Positions 28,509-38,486 of a stretch of 64,000 bases of DNA are shown in pieces. The translations under genes were made by a program, and so were the position numbers. The notes below the pieces were generated by a model. The model was not told where the DNA came from. It was given only the letters and a program-made list of their open reading frames with translations, and made no database searches. The stretch comes from Pseudomonas phage EL. Location: sequence record AJ697969.1. One strand, written 5' to 3'. Position 1 is the stretch's first letter; the number at the start of each line of letters is the position of its first letter.

Positions 28509-28516
28509 ACATTATA

Positions 28517-28546
28517 CCTACTGGGAGGTGTGAACCTCCCAGTAGG
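28517..28546. terminator. bidirectional hairpin terminator
   Basis: cctactgggaggt gtgaa cctcccagtagg. Confidence 0.5.
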
Positions 28547-28559
28547 TATACGTATGTTA

Positions 28560-29402
28560 CTATTTTGCTTTGGTTACAATCGTCTCGGTCTGATCACGGA
28601 AGACGGCCGCCAGTTCGTTCAGGAGGGTCATCATCGCTCCGCAGATGTCCGTAAACTCCACAAAACGATTAACCACCAACTCCACTTCGGTCAGAATCTT
28701 CTCATCCACGACGAGATCATTGGTTTTGATCTTCTCAACCAGGAGTTGTCCCAGTTCATAGACCCGAGACAATTCCCGACTGGCCATTTCAACATCCCGA
28801 GCGCCCAGTAGCTTGGCCGACACGTTGTAGGTTTCCAGTACGTTGTACAGTTCTTCGAAATTGACGTAAACTTCACCCAGGGTACACGTCTTGCGGTGGG
28901 GGTTGGATGGGAGACCTTTAAGGAACTGTTCGGAACGGTCCAGTACCGTATCGAAGTTGGTAATGGTCCAACGGAAACGGGTTTCAGGACGACCGGTCTT
29001 AATCAGTTGTTTAAGCCAATCGTATAGTCGAATTGCTTCAGTTTTCATACTACTGACCAGATAGACCCCATCCGTGGCTACGAATTGGGTATAAGCCATC
29101 ATATTACCGAGGCCGGGTGTGTAGGTCTCCGGGACAATGACTGGCAACCCAGCGTTCTTAACAAAGAGAATCTCTTTCCGCTGGATCGTTTTACGGAACT
29201 TTTCAACGTCCAGAGTGATAACCGACTTTTCGAAGGCGGCCAGACGGCGGTCTATAGAGGCACCGAACTCAGAGAAGAAAAGACCCACACTTTCCCCTAC
29301 ACTGAGTTTTTCAGCCCCCAGGACTGAGAGAAGCTGGGGATTCTTGATCCGTTCGATGAAGTCTTTCGATGTAAAGGAATGTTCCATAACTGAAAATCTC
29401 AT
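28560..29402 (-). CDS. hypothetical protein
   Basis: 280-aa ORF. Confidence 0.55.
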   Translation of the reverse strand: MRFSVMEHSFTSKDFIERIKNPQLLSVLGAEKLSVGESVGLFFSEFGASIDRRLAAFEKSVITLDVEKFRKTIQRKEILFVKNAGLPVIVPETYTPGLGNMMAYTQFVATDGVYLVSSMKTEAIRLYDWLKQLIKTGRPETRFRWTITNFDTVLDRSEQFLKGLPSNPHRKTCTLGEVYVNFEELYNVLETYNVSAKLLGARDVEMASRELSRVYELGQLLVEKIKTNDLVVDEKILTEVELVVNRFVEFTDICGAMMTLLNELAAVFRDQTETIVTKAK

Positions 29403-29499
29403 GAGTATAGTTTGGGGAATGGGTTTTTACGCAGACCCATCTAAAGCAGGGCGTTGCCCTTTCAGCTAAAGTTCATAAAATACGAGGAATAAGAGGAAC

Positions 29500-30969
29500 A
29501 TGAGTACGCCTCTTCTGTTTACCCAAGAGTTGGAATCGTCGGATACGTTGATTGTAAATCTTCCGTTTTCCCCTATTTTCGATATGTTAAACACCGAGAT
29601 CTTGATGAGTGCATCAGGGGTGGCGTATAACAACGGGGGTCTTTGTCGTAACAATGCGATCGTCGGTGGGAACAACACCCAGAAGACCGGGATGACCGTA
29701 CTGGGTATGGCACGGGTCTTGATTCGGTTTAAAGGGTCTGTTGTCTTCTTCTTTGATATTGAGGCCACCTTCTCCGTAGACCGTCTGGCGGAAATGATAG
29801 ACCGAGAGATCGGTATTCACGGGTACTTCAACGAACAGATACTCGGCAAGCGCTTCTTCTACTTCTCTCGGAATGATTTGGTAAATCCCTGTGATGGCAC
29901 CTTTGTTCATGATAAGTTCAAATGGTTGAAGGGGAAGATCGCTGAACAGATTAAGGCCAAAGCCGATATCTTCATGAAGACCCCGTTTACGGACAGCAAA
30001 GGCAACCCCGTTAAAATCATTACCCCTATTCTGTGCGTGGTCGACTCTATCTCTGAAATGCCCTTCCATCGGGTATCGGAACATTTCCAAGAAGGGGATG
30101 TTGATCAAGGCGGAGAGAAGAAGACGCGCGATCTGGTGATTGGGAACCTCCGTCGTATCGTCTATGAAGACGCCGATATCTTGGGTGGGGTATCGGGTTG
30201 TTACCAGATTTGGGTTGCTCAGGTTGTTGATAAGATCAACATGACTGGGCGTCCTGAGGAGAAGGAATCTATTTTCATCCGTCCGGGTAAGAAGCTGAAA
30301 GGTCCTAAGGCCATGATGCGTATTCCGCAGATCGGTCACGAGATCCTTAAAGGTTCAGTGCTTAAAGGCGGAAGTAATGGTCAAGAGTGGTTGTACCCGA
30401 ATCCCTTTGGTAAAGATGTTATTGTGACTCCTGATGCCAAAGAAATGCCTGACTTGATGATTTATAATAATCAACCCTATCGGAATAAGGCGGGGATGTC
30501 AGGTATTAACGCGTTCTTCATTGGTTCCCAGTCCATGGGAATTCAAGAAGGTCTGACCATGTACCATGTACTGAAGACAGCTAAGTACTTCGGCCTGGAA
30601 GGGAGTGACCGCAGTCATCACTGCATTCTGTACCCTGATCTGAAGGTGGGACGTACCACTGTATGGGAAAATACCATTGAAGACCGTAAATTCCTGCGAG
30701 CACTGACCATCATTTACCACTTGTGGTTCATGCAAACCTTCTGGCTGACACTTCCCCACAAATACCGTCTGACTCCTCAGGCATTGTACGACGGTATTAT
30801 TGCTCAAGGACTGGACTGGAACGATATTCTGGAGAACACAGTAGACTACTGGTACACGAATCCAGATATTGACAAGTACACTGTTACAACGTATGAACTC
30901 ATTCGCATTGCACTGGGTGAACGTAAACCTTACTGGAAAGAGAAAGGTGCACCTAAGGCTATTATTTAA
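29500..30969 (+). CDS. RecA-fold ATPase-like protein with degenerate Walker A (UvsX/RecA-like?)
   Basis: IVGGNNTQKTGMTVLGMARV...VVFFFDIEATFSVDRL aligns with RecA IYGPESSGKTTLTLQ...CAFIDAEHALDP. Walker B-like ILCVVDSISEM aligns with IVVDSVAAL. The Gly before the Lys is replaced by Gln. Confidence 0.45.
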   Translation: MSTPLLFTQELESSDTLIVNLPFSPIFDMLNTEILMSASGVAYNNGGLCRNNAIVGGNNTQKTGMTVLGMARVLIRFKGSVVFFFDIEATFSVDRLAEMIDREIGIHGYFNEQILGKRFFYFSRNDLVNPCDGTFVHDKFKWLKGKIAEQIKAKADIFMKTPFTDSKGNPVKIITPILCVVDSISEMPFHRVSEHFQEGDVDQGGEKKTRDLVIGNLRRIVYEDADILGGVSGCYQIWVAQVVDKINMTGRPEEKESIFIRPGKKLKGPKAMMRIPQIGHEILKGSVLKGGSNGQEWLYPNPFGKDVIVTPDAKEMPDLMIYNNQPYRNKAGMSGINAFFIGSQSMGIQEGLTMYHVLKTAKYFGLEGSDRSHHCILYPDLKVGRTTVWENTIEDRKFLRALTIIYHLWFMQTFWLTLPHKYRLTPQALYDGIIAQGLDWNDILENTVDYWYTNPDIDKYTVTTYELIRIALGERKPYWKEKGAPKAII

Positions 30970-30974
30970 ATAAA

Positions 30975-31005
30975 GGGTGGGAGGGTAGCCTGAGTCCTCC
31001 CACCC
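30975..31005 (+). terminator. hairpin terminator
   Basis: gggtgggagg gtagcctgagt cctcccaccc. Confidence 0.45.
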
Positions 31006-31027
31006 CGACTTTGTAAAGGACCCCCTC

Positions 31028-31402
31028 ATGGAAACAGCACCGTGCCCTACCACCATTCTCATTATGGCGGACAGTAACTTTATTAATCTTTGCCTGGATC
31101 CGTTCGACTACATCAGGCGGTTGAAAGAACGGGTGTCTGCCGTGCGGGAGGATAACCCGTTGTTGTATACCGTCAGTGGTCGCTATGGTGTGAGCGCGAT
31201 TGACAGTGAAATCCCGGTGATTGAAGTGAATGACCGGAATAAGACCCTCTTCAGTCAAACCTTGGAGAACTGCTCCATGTTGTTTGACGAACTCCTGGCG
31301 ATCAGTACGGTCGAAAGTGATCCCTTTATTAACTCCGCCAAAGAAGTGATTACATTGGCCAACAAGACGTTTACACATTACAAATACCCGAGGAAAGTGT
31401 AA
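31028..31402 (+). CDS. hypothetical protein
   Basis: 124-aa ORF. Stop overlaps next start (ATG at 31402). Confidence 0.5.
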   Translation: METAPCPTTILIMADSNFINLCLDPFDYIRRLKERVSAVREDNPLLYTVSGRYGVSAIDSEIPVIEVNDRNKTLFSQTLENCSMLFDELLAISTVESDPFINSAKEVITLANKTFTHYKYPRKV

Positions 31403-32079
31403 TGGCTGGCAACCGGAAGGCATTTGAAGAACATGTGTATAAAGCCTTTGGTCCTCTGACCAAAGGGGGTGGCAATAAGAAGATTTATGAGAAACTCTTT
31501 GCCACCATGGACGATGACGCTTTTGAAGACTTCGTCCAGTGGTTGGAAAAAGGGAATCCGTTAGCGATTTGGGCCAGTAACTTTGTTCCTGAAGAGAAAC
31601 TGAATTTCGATAACCTGATGAGACTCTGTAAACAGTTCGGTATTGAAGTTGAACACCAACTGGTTATTTACGACGAAGACACCGGGATCAAGTCACTGAC
31701 CGCTTATAAGGCGATTGTAGGACGTGCTGAAGTCCGTAAACAACGTCAGATGTTGTCCAAGAAGTTCAGTGCGGCTAAGAACGACTACGAAATCGATGAC
31801 CTCACCGGTCAACCCATGGGGGACAGCCGGAGTGCGGGGATCAGCGGTCCTGAGGTTACCGTACTGCGTAACCTGGGTTTGAACATCATGGCGAATGAAC
31901 TGTACAACGTTAAAGGCGGCGACCAAGAGGCCTTTAAGGCGTACAAGAACGATTTGTTGACCACCGGTAAGACCACCACCAATGGGAGCCTGCGTAAAGG
32001 CTCAGGTACCAAGGTGTTGAGCACGGTCCACCACCTCATGCGTGGTCGTCATATCGACACTAACTTTAACCAGAAGTGA
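31402..32079 (+). CDS. hypothetical protein
   Basis: 225-aa ORF. Confidence 0.55.
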   Translation: MAGNRKAFEEHVYKAFGPLTKGGGNKKIYEKLFATMDDDAFEDFVQWLEKGNPLAIWASNFVPEEKLNFDNLMRLCKQFGIEVEHQLVIYDEDTGIKSLTAYKAIVGRAEVRKQRQMLSKKFSAAKNDYEIDDLTGQPMGDSRSAGISGPEVTVLRNLGLNIMANELYNVKGGDQEAFKAYKNDLLTTGKTTTNGSLRKGSGTKVLSTVHHLMRGRHIDTNFNQK

Positions 32080-32088
32080 TCTCTCCCC

Positions 32089-32502
32089 ATGGATAAACTC
32101 ATTCATTTGTCGAATACCATTCAAGAAGTATGGTTGGACCTGTCAACCGGAGAAGCTCCTCCTCCCATTCTTCAGAACTTCTCGTCGCTTATCAACCGTC
32201 CTTTGATCTGTTTTAATGAAGCCTATTCAGTCTTCATGAACCAAGTGGGAAGTAGTAGTGATCTCTTCGACAGTTGGGTCAGTATTCAAATGATGGTTAT
32301 CACCCGCTTGGGCGAGCATCAGGTGGCGTTCAGTCAGTTCAGTCAAATGTTCAAGGAAGTCTTTAAGACCATTGAAGGGGGTAATGGACTGGATATTTCC
32401 GACGAGAATGAATATAAACGCTGGAGTTTCTTGATTGCTTTAGCGTTTAGGGTGTATACCACTCATTTCATTGTACCCCCACCTAAAGGACGTAAGGCAT
32501 GA
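32089..32502 (+). CDS. hypothetical protein
   Basis: 137-aa ORF, overlaps the next by 4 nt. Confidence 0.5.
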   Translation: MDKLIHLSNTIQEVWLDLSTGEAPPPILQNFSSLINRPLICFNEAYSVFMNQVGSSSDLFDSWVSIQMMVITRLGEHQVAFSQFSQMFKEVFKTIEGGNGLDISDENEYKRWSFLIALAFRVYTTHFIVPPPKGRKA

Positions 32503-33281
32503 ATCGGGTATTAACCGCCTACGCGGATGTGGACAGTCTCTTCGATTATCGGAGGGGATTGATTCAGAAGTGGTTAACACGAGACATGGCTGTTAGTGAT
32601 GAAAACAGCTTGAGTGATGAAGCCTTTGCAGCGTATCAAGAGAAACGCCGGCTTCAAGGGGACACCCTGTGGGAACTTCATATTGAGAAGAACTACAGGG
32701 AGAGAAGGATGGATACGTTTAACTATCCGTTCTTTGGGTTCACCCGACAGATATTCAGGGAACTCTATCAGAAACGGAGTTTACGGGATTGGGGGTACGG
32801 GTATTACCCCACAGGGTTCCTGTCTAATTTCGTCAAGGTGATTATCGAGCATGAACAACTGACCGATAAACCTATCGAGATCAAAGGGGTGACCCTCACG
32901 ATCAACTGTTTCCCTTATGTCATGGATACAGCCCTTAAGGAGGAGTTGATCGAGCACGTTAAGACTCGGTTAGGCTACCGGGTAGAGGTGAAGACCGTTG
33001 ATGACGACATTATCAATGCGACACCCTCCTACTATCGACAGTTCGATTATGTCTTCAAATACGACTTCCTGTTGAATGAAGACTATAAGTCCTTCTTTGA
33101 GAACGTCGGTAAACCGCCTATTCCTGATACGGCGTTTTTGGTTCCAGATCTCCTGGTTCAAGAAACCGAGTATTTGGAAGGGAGTATTTACGACCGTATC
33201 TTCGCCCAATCCATTGCGCTGGCTCCTGTATTGAAATTGATTCCGATCAACAAAGGTTTCTATGATTACTTGACGGAATAA
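32499..33281 (+). CDS. hypothetical protein
   Basis: 260-aa ORF. Confidence 0.55.
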   Translation: MNRVLTAYADVDSLFDYRRGLIQKWLTRDMAVSDENSLSDEAFAAYQEKRRLQGDTLWELHIEKNYRERRMDTFNYPFFGFTRQIFRELYQKRSLRDWGYGYYPTGFLSNFVKVIIEHEQLTDKPIEIKGVTLTINCFPYVMDTALKEELIEHVKTRLGYRVEVKTVDDDIINATPSYYRQFDYVFKYDFLLNEDYKSFFENVGKPPIPDTAFLVPDLLVQETEYLEGSIYDRIFAQSIALAPVLKLIPINKGFYDYLTE

Positions 33282-33291
33282 CCCCTTTATT

Positions 33292-33319
33292 AACTGGGTG
33301 GGGATCTCCCCACCCAGTT
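33292..33319. terminator. bidirectional hairpin terminator
   Basis: aactgggtgggga tct ccccacccagtt. Confidence 0.5.
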
Positions 33320-33331
33320 ATGTTCGCTTGG

Positions 33332-33844
33332 TTAAATTTCCTCACCATCGATATCCACCAGCTGATTCCCCTGCACCAGCTCTTCTTCCGTAATGGGACT
33401 CAAGGTAGGATCCAGAGGCAGGGGTTTAGAGGGATCCAGTACGAACTGCGAGAACTCAAAGGTGGGGAGTTTAATCCCTCCACTTTGAATACGCTCCATA
33501 GCCTCCAGCATTTGGTTAAAGGCCAGTCGGTTGCCTTCATTCTCTTTCTTCTTAGCCCGCTCTTTACGGTCATCCCGTACGGTCTTCTCAATCTGCGCAA
33601 TAATCTGGGTGACCCCTTCCAGCAGATGCGCGTTCTTCGGATTATCCAAATACGCAGACATAGCGTATTCCAGAATGAAAGCCCGGTTACGTTGTACTAC
33701 CTTAACCAGTTCTTCCTGTTCGATATCCTCCAGATTACCAGTCATTGCCTTACGGAGTTCTTCCAGAACCGTTTGCATTTTATCCGTATCCAAAGGACTG
33801 GCTTTCTTCTTTTCCTTTTCGGGTGTGTCGTCAGGCGTTTCCAT
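33332..33844 (-). CDS. hypothetical acidic/basic helical protein
   Basis: 170-aa ORF, Lys/Glu-rich. Confidence 0.55.
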   Translation of the reverse strand: METPDDTPEKEKKKASPLDTDKMQTVLEELRKAMTGNLEDIEQEELVKVVQRNRAFILEYAMSAYLDNPKNAHLLEGVTQIIAQIEKTVRDDRKERAKKKENEGNRLAFNQMLEAMERIQSGGIKLPTFEFSQFVLDPSKPLPLDPTLSPITEEELVQGNQLVDIDGEEI

Positions 33845-33893
33845 GATTTTTCAGACCTACATTATTCGTTTGAGTGGTTAGGAGTATGTGTAA

Positions 33894-34472
33894 ATGGCAC
33901 TAACTAAACGGGCTCTATTCAGGTGGTTAAGCTGGATACCTGGTATAGGTAACCTGTTTAACCGAAAACTGGATTCCCTCACGATCGAGCGGCTGACTGA
34001 GATTAATCAACGGTTCTCTAAGGCTTCAGTACGGTTCGCAGCTCAGATCCAGGATCTATACGATTGCTTAAAGCCCCTAAATACGTCCTTTGACATCGAT
34101 CCGAGGGTCTACCTACCCTTACCTATTGAACTGTCAACAAAGTCCTCTAAGGACGCTCACAGGCTGGTAGAGAGGGTACTGTCAGGTTACTCGTGGAACC
34201 CTGACGAACACTTCGTGAGTAACATGATCGAACACTACCCCAGTTTCCTAGACTGGTACAGTAACGGTTACAGTCTCGACGGGTATTACCAGGGAATGGT
34301 GAAACTCATGGAACTGTATTGTGCCTTATTCCCCGTTATACCGAATGAGGACGATCCTGTTGAATGTCATCCTGTCGTAGAGAACTTCTTAACCAGCCGG
34401 TGGTTTAGGCTGATGGTTATTGACCTGATCAAAATACTGACTCTGGTACTTATCCAACGTCGGGGAGGTTAA
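33894..34472 (+). CDS. hypothetical protein
   Basis: 192-aa ORF. Stop abuts the next start. Confidence 0.5.
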   Translation: MALTKRALFRWLSWIPGIGNLFNRKLDSLTIERLTEINQRFSKASVRFAAQIQDLYDCLKPLNTSFDIDPRVYLPLPIELSTKSSKDAHRLVERVLSGYSWNPDEHFVSNMIEHYPSFLDWYSNGYSLDGYYQGMVKLMELYCALFPVIPNEDDPVECHPVVENFLTSRWFRLMVIDLIKILTLVLIQRRGG

Positions 34473-34907
34473 ATGGAAGAAAACAGAAAGAGACCCAAAG
34501 CCAGCCGGTTGGAGAGTATCTCCCACAAGTTTGTACGGGATGAAGAACTCAGAGATCCCCCCGCCCGGTTATTCCGGGCAATTCTGAACAAAGTGGTTCC
34601 TACCCCTCACAAGTGGAAGAACTACTTACGGGATTATCTGGAGTATGTGGTGACCACCCGAGATCCCCAACGGGCTAAGACCGAACGCATTACCCGGCAA
34701 GGTAACATTAAGGCAACCTATTTCCAAAGCTATACGTTAACCTTCCAGAAACTCTTGGAAGGGTTGTCTATCCTACGGATGAAATCTTGCAGAATCATCA
34801 TCGAGGTTGTTGATGAACACGGTGAAATACTCACAGTGGAAGAAACTATTCGCATCGTAGAGAAGAAGCGTTTGGAGAAACCCATTGTGGATGAACCGGA
34901 AGAGTGA
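34473..34907 (+). CDS. hypothetical protein
   Basis: 144-aa ORF. Confidence 0.5.
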   Translation: MEENRKRPKASRLESISHKFVRDEELRDPPARLFRAILNKVVPTPHKWKNYLRDYLEYVVTTRDPQRAKTERITRQGNIKATYFQSYTLTFQKLLEGLSILRMKSCRIIIEVVDEHGEILTVEETIRIVEKKRLEKPIVDEPEE

Positions 34908-34912
34908 ATGCA

Positions 34913-34970
34913 GGAGTAGGTGCGCTAACGCACCTACTCCCCTTCCCCCTTTATTCTTTATTTTTTGGAG
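34913..34970 (+). terminator. rho-independent terminator
   Basis: ggagtaggtgcgc taa cgcacctactcc followed by T-rich CTTTATTCTTTATTTTTT. Confidence 0.65.
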
Positions 34971-34977
34971 TGCCGCT

Positions 34978-36087
34978 ATGGGTATCCTTGACGGGTTCAA
35001 TCTGTCTTCGGGTATTAATGCCTTTAAGAAAGAAACCGAAACCGCAATGCGGGGGGTTAAAAGTGAAACCCTAACCCCTATTGATGTCACCGCCAGTCGC
35101 CTTAAAGAAGGGGTGGCTCTTACTAACCCGAATGACACCACACTCAAGTCAACCATCACCGCGTACCGGAGTTCGGTTGTAGAAGCCCTAGACGGTGTTA
35201 TTGGAGCCCTGTCAGGCGGTTTACTCAATACGAAGGACATTACCCGAGCCATTCGTATTGATAGCAATGGGGTCAGTTTCAGTGATGATGACTTGATTAC
35301 CGCGGCAGGGAGTCAAATGGGCGTTAACGTCTGGGGTAAGAACGGCGTTAAGCAACTCATCGCAGACACTCTCACCGCAGAATTCAATCGGCTCACTGGA
35401 TTGAATGTGGGTCAAATTATCCAGGTCGGTTATGGTGACAAAGGTTCACCCTTCCGTATCAATGACAGTTGGAGAACTCAGCTCGGTAGTGCCACCCTCG
35501 ATATGCTCAGGGATTATACCGGTATTGATGAGTTTGTAGACGTCAGTGTTCAATCGGCGTTTTACAACGCCATCCTGTACAACTCAGCGATGTACGGGAT
35601 GAGTGACAGTTATAAAACCCAATGGGATAACTACCCGTATCTCTCTCTGAGACAAGATGCCTTTATTGAAGCCATTCAGTACATGATTACGAATGGGGAT
35701 GTTGAGAGTATCAGTAAGGTCTTTGAACTCATTAATACCGAAGGGAAGAATACCTTACTGAGTAAATACCCGGATTTCATTGAAACCCTCTTTACGAAGT
35801 TCTCTTTCGACAGTCAAGTCCACAGTGAAGAGCACCCCGCCATTCGTACGAAACTCTTAAACGTTTTAGAAACGGTAGCGGGTAAAGAGTGGTATTACCG
35901 GGAGACCCAATTCGGTAAAGCGTACAACCTGGGGTTGGTATCGAACATCAGTGACGACATGGTAACCCTGTTAACGCCTGTTGAAGAGTTGATTCCCCTC
36001 TTAACCACTCGGGGGATCTTTCAGACTGAACGGGCAACGGATGTATTGAATCAATCCTTCCCGAATGCCCCTATTCGCATTAAATAA
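34978..36087 (+). CDS. hypothetical protein
   Basis: ATG 34978 (MGILDGF) after the terminator. The 34885 upstream extension overlaps the terminator and is unlikely to be coding. Confidence 0.55.
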   Translation: MGILDGFNLSSGINAFKKETETAMRGVKSETLTPIDVTASRLKEGVALTNPNDTTLKSTITAYRSSVVEALDGVIGALSGGLLNTKDITRAIRIDSNGVSFSDDDLITAAGSQMGVNVWGKNGVKQLIADTLTAEFNRLTGLNVGQIIQVGYGDKGSPFRINDSWRTQLGSATLDMLRDYTGIDEFVDVSVQSAFYNAILYNSAMYGMSDSYKTQWDNYPYLSLRQDAFIEAIQYMITNGDVESISKVFELINTEGKNTLLSKYPDFIETLFTKFSFDSQVHSEEHPAIRTKLLNVLETVAGKEWYYRETQFGKAYNLGLVSNISDDMVTLLTPVEELIPLLTTRGIFQTERATDVLNQSFPNAPIRIK

Positions 36088-36099
36088 CCCTAACGAAGA

Positions 36100-36129
36100 C
36101 TCCCCTACCCCAATTAAGGGGTAGGGGAG
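36100..36129 (+). terminator. hairpin terminator
   Basis: ctcccctacccc aattaa ggggtaggggag. Confidence 0.5.
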
Positions 36130-36225
36130 TTATTACTGAATAAGTTCTTTTTGTATTGATTAATAGAGGGTGTGATTTCCGCTTAGTAGACTCGGGGGCG
36201 TGAAACCCCCGAGTTTACTGGCTTT

Positions 36226-38418
36226 CTATCTTGCAAGAGGGCGTGTTGCCAAGCGAAGCAGATCTGCCGCTATCGAGTCATTTATCTTAGCCGCGATGTT
36301 GTCAGAACGAATACTGGTCTTAATATCCGTGACCACACCCGTCAGTTGACGGTTCAAACGCGACCACCGCAGAATGGTATCCAGGTAGTCCATCCCTGTG
36401 ATACGACTGGCAAAGTTGTTGAACGCACTGTCATCCGACAGAATACGACTGACCACCGCATTCGGATTAGTAAGATCCAGGATACTAATGGACCGATCAA
36501 TGGGAAGGGTGACCAGGGGTTCCAGATCGGTAATCTGTAAACTGGCCGTCATATTCAACGGTTTACGATCACGAGTCCACCCCGCATCTCCTTCCCCCAG
36601 GGTCAGATCCAATTGAGTCACCAGACCGGTACGGATGATTCCACGAGACTTACAGAAAGCTTTCACGTAGAAGGGGGAGGTATGGGTTCCACCGCCTGAG
36701 GTATTACCGGCCACTAAGGGCAGTAGGAGGGAAATCAATACCCAGATCTTAACAATCTGCTCATACGGGTGTGCGTAGTTACACACTGACTTAATGGTGT
36801 AGGTCTCCGTATGGAGATTGCAGGTGGATTCAGTCCAGTGGTCAGGGATCTTGACGTAACTGTTATTGGCAACAGCCAGGGGGATATTTCCAATAACAGA
36901 CCCTGAAAGGGCTCCCATAGCCGCGTCTTTAACAATGTTAATCAGTCCATCGACAATGGCTAAGCCAGTTTGACCTTTAGCCACATCGAAGGTGAAGTCA
37001 TTGGTAGTGCGAACAATGGAATTGAACTTTTCCGCCATAGGCGATTGCCCAGTGCTATTAGAGAAGGAATCCCGAGTAGCTCCCCCGTTCCCCTCTACGC
37101 GGAAGGTGATCCCATCCATACCACCGGCTACAGCGGTTTTAACGAGGTCGTAAATATCTCCCATCCAGGTACGATCGTTAGGGTTGTCTTCGTAGTAGAA
37201 CTGATCCCCATTGTTAATAGCGGGATTAGCGGTTACTGAGGGGGTAGCGGGAGAGGGGCGTTGAGGCCGTTCGTTGGGGTTTACAGGAGGAGCTGAAGTA
37301 CCATAAGACTCACCCGTTCCCATAGGCTGCATGGTGGAGGTGGGTTGTCCGTCAGGTCCGGTTGGGGGTTGTTCCAGTTCAAGGTTGGCAATTCCATATT
37401 GCTTATTACGTGCAGGGTCGATGTCTTGATAAGCGCCTCGGTTGAGGTAGGCACTGTCTTCTTCAACGTAGTTGGGTTCGTTATCACCCCGGTATTTACC
37501 GACTGTGCTCATTTCCTTTTCAATATACTCTTGAGAAGGTCTGCCAGCGGTTACTGAACGATCGAAGGTGACTTCTTGAAGGATTTGTTTGGCTCGTTCC
37601 AATTTCTGTTGGGGGGAGTTAATTGAAGTGTCGTTGTCCATAGAGGCCAGACGCTCCAACATTACCCGGTGTTTACGCACCCCTTTATTGACCAACCGCA
37701 TGAGGTCAATAGTCCCATCCTGGTTGACGCAATCAGGAAAGAGGGTAGACAAACTGGAAACGACTTTACTGTTGTCGTAATCGGGTTTAAGACCGTACAG
37801 GGGATCGGTCTGTTGCTGGTTCATCTTAGGTAGGATGGGATCGATGTACCCCAGTTTCACCATGAAGTCATTCAGTACACCGGTAGCCACCATGGTGTAC
37901 GCCCCAACCGCAGGCTTAACAGTCCAGAACTGATGCTTGGGGGAATCTGCTAAGAATGCCAGGAATTGGGTGCTGATACTCAACAGCTGCATAGGCCAAA
38001 AGGCAATAGAACCGATGGCTTGTCCCATGTAGAACGACAGACTGGGCGCCCGCCCTTTGTTCGCAATGATAGCCGCTGCGGGAGAGAACATGTTTGTAAT
38101 GAATGACAACAGACCAGCGAACTGAGCCACGCCTGGGGTAATGGTTAAGAGGGTGGCGTTGTTGTCGTAGATCTCTTTATACATGGAGCCGAATCCCCCT
38201 TCTGGGGTGACCATTAACCGTCCGTAACGAGGATCGGTCGCAGGGCTCCATTGAGGCACAGGGTTCACAAAGCGGTTATCCCCTGTTGCACTACTGAAAA
38301 CGTTGAAATATTTGTCCCAATCGAGGATGTCTAATACTTCACTCGGTGGGATACCGCGGGTTAACAGACGGAACGATTTCGTGATAATGTCCCGGTCGCG
38401 TGTCGTCACCTGAGCCAT
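36226..38418 (-). CDS. hypothetical virion-associated protein
   Basis: Likely start MAQVTT (ATG at 38416-38418). The longer frame to 38490 would overlap the upstream gene. About 730 aa, Pro/Gly-rich central linker. Confidence 0.55.
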   Translation of the reverse strand: MAQVTTRDRDIITKSFRLLTRGIPPSEVLDILDWDKYFNVFSSATGDNRFVNPVPQWSPATDPRYGRLMVTPEGGFGSMYKEIYDNNATLLTITPGVAQFAGLLSFITNMFSPAAAIIANKGRAPSLSFYMGQAIGSIAFWPMQLLSISTQFLAFLADSPKHQFWTVKPAVGAYTMVATGVLNDFMVKLGYIDPILPKMNQQQTDPLYGLKPDYDNSKVVSSLSTLFPDCVNQDGTIDLMRLVNKGVRKHRVMLERLASMDNDTSINSPQQKLERAKQILQEVTFDRSVTAGRPSQEYIEKEMSTVGKYRGDNEPNYVEEDSAYLNRGAYQDIDPARNKQYGIANLELEQPPTGPDGQPTSTMQPMGTGESYGTSAPPVNPNERPQRPSPATPSVTANPAINNGDQFYYEDNPNDRTWMGDIYDLVKTAVAGGMDGITFRVEGNGGATRDSFSNSTGQSPMAEKFNSIVRTTNDFTFDVAKGQTGLAIVDGLINIVKDAAMGALSGSVIGNIPLAVANNSYVKIPDHWTESTCNLHTETYTIKSVCNYAHPYEQIVKIWVLISLLLPLVAGNTSGGGTHTSPFYVKAFCKSRGIIRTGLVTQLDLTLGEGDAGWTRDRKPLNMTASLQITDLEPLVTLPIDRSISILDLTNPNAVVSRILSDDSAFNNFASRITGMDYLDTILRWSRLNRQLTGVVTDIKTSIRSDNIAAKINDSIAADLLRLATRPLAR

Positions 38419-38486
38419 CGTGAATAAATTCCTAAGGTTAACTAAAAGAGGCGGGGAGTACATCAGTACTCCCCTATTAAGATGGA

